DNA of 39,624 bases from contig JAFTLM010000005.1 in the NCBI GenBank assembly GCA_017455945.1, forward strand, positions 1-39,624, written 5' to 3'. Source of the stretch: Clostridia bacterium. Its GTDB lineage: Bacteria; Bacillota; Clostridia; Oscillospirales; CAG-272. Below the pieces are notes generated by a model that saw only the letters and a list, made by a program, of their open reading frames with translations, was not told where the DNA came from and did not search any database. Both the position numbers and the translations under genes were made by a program. Shown piece by piece: positions 39,318 through 39,624 of the stretch; the first letter of the stretch is position 1; every line of letters begins with the position of its first letter.

Positions 39318-39581
39318 ATGAGCAAAAATTACATTGAGGCAAATATGCTTATAGATAAAGGGTTTGTTCTTGCAAAAGTAAAAACAAATAAAAGCGGAGA
39401 AGTTATAGAGTTTATGACAGTAAATATACAAGATGCGCCGTGCGTTGATTTGGAACAAATAAAAGCGGAATTGGCAAAAGAAATATTTGAAAAGGTTGAA
39501 GAGTGCGTAATCGGAACTATTGAGCCGAGCTTTGTTCAGTTGAGAGATGAATATATAACTCCACACAGAAAGGAGAATTGA
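39318..39581 (+). CDS. Hypothetical protein (87 aa)
   Basis: ORF track. AAAGGAG SD. Confidence 0.55.
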   Translation: MSKNYIEANMLIDKGFVLAKVKTNKSGEVIEFMTVNIQDAPCVDLEQIKAELAKEIFEKVEECVIGTIEPSFVQLRDEYITPHRKEN

Positions 39582-39583
39582 TT

Positions 39584-39624
39584 TTGAAAAAAGAAACATT
39601 CCAAATGCGAATAAGCAATGACAC
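39584..39624 (+). CDS. 3'-truncated ORF with RHH-like N-terminus (KKETFQMRISND...)
   Basis: TTG 39584 lies 8 nt after AAGGAG (alternative ATG 39605). Runs off the window. Resembles the N-termini at 3908 and 4201. Confidence 0.35.
   Translation, partial: MKKETFQMRISND

Noticed and set aside
1-39624. Diversity-generating retroelement, retron or CRISPR array
   Set aside because: No reverse-transcriptase-like ORF, no template/variable repeat pair near the fibre genes, and no spaced repeat array were seen on either strand.

Overview
The window reads as a complete or nearly complete genome (about 39.6 kb, roughly 40% GC by eye) of a tailed dsDNA phage. It is siphovirus-type: major tail protein, chaperone pair, 908-aa tape measure, no sheath. 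The host is probably a low-GC Gram-positive, likely clostridial.

All supported genes are on the + strand: about 75 CDS and one tRNA-Gln.

Module order:
- 1-2581: small Zn-ribbon and membrane genes, then a gp7-like minor capsid protein.
- 2582-3070: AT-rich iteron block.
- 3071-5023: cassette of small genes.
- 5031-19844: late operon with scaffold, major capsid, connectors, major tail, chaperones, tape measure, tail tip/fibre with an S74 chaperone domain, a BppU-N/M14-peptidase fusion, holin, an XhlA-like protein, a DUF4406-like protein and a sigma-region-4-like HTH protein.
- 19928-23680: accessory cassette of low-complexity and Cys-rich proteins.
- 23762-30305: replication/recombination module with RHH proteins, Sak4-like ATPase, DUF669-type SSB, GIY-YIG endonuclease, dNTP pyrophosphohydrolase, divergent ThyX and a CHC2 primase finger plus VirE-type helicase.
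- 30306-30712: second AT-rich iteron block.
- 30713-32722: small genes, tRNA-Gln and a 6-TM membrane protein.
- 32808-38916: ParB-methyltransferase, TerS, TerL, HExxH peptidase, portal and a collagen-like/LRR fibre trio.
- 39030-end: another promoter-driven cassette that runs off the window.

I recognise no integrase or repressor.

Most notable observations:
- Two diverged paralogous ori/operator-like blocks.
- Covarying leader hairpins behind near-identical consensus promoters.
- Promoter-then-terminator leaders in front of the late and primase operons.
- Tandem SD-ATG-AGG-TGA minigenes.
- No canonical endolysin.
- An orphan cassette of spore-surface-like and low-complexity proteins.

All family names come from motif recognition by eye and memory. 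No searches were run.
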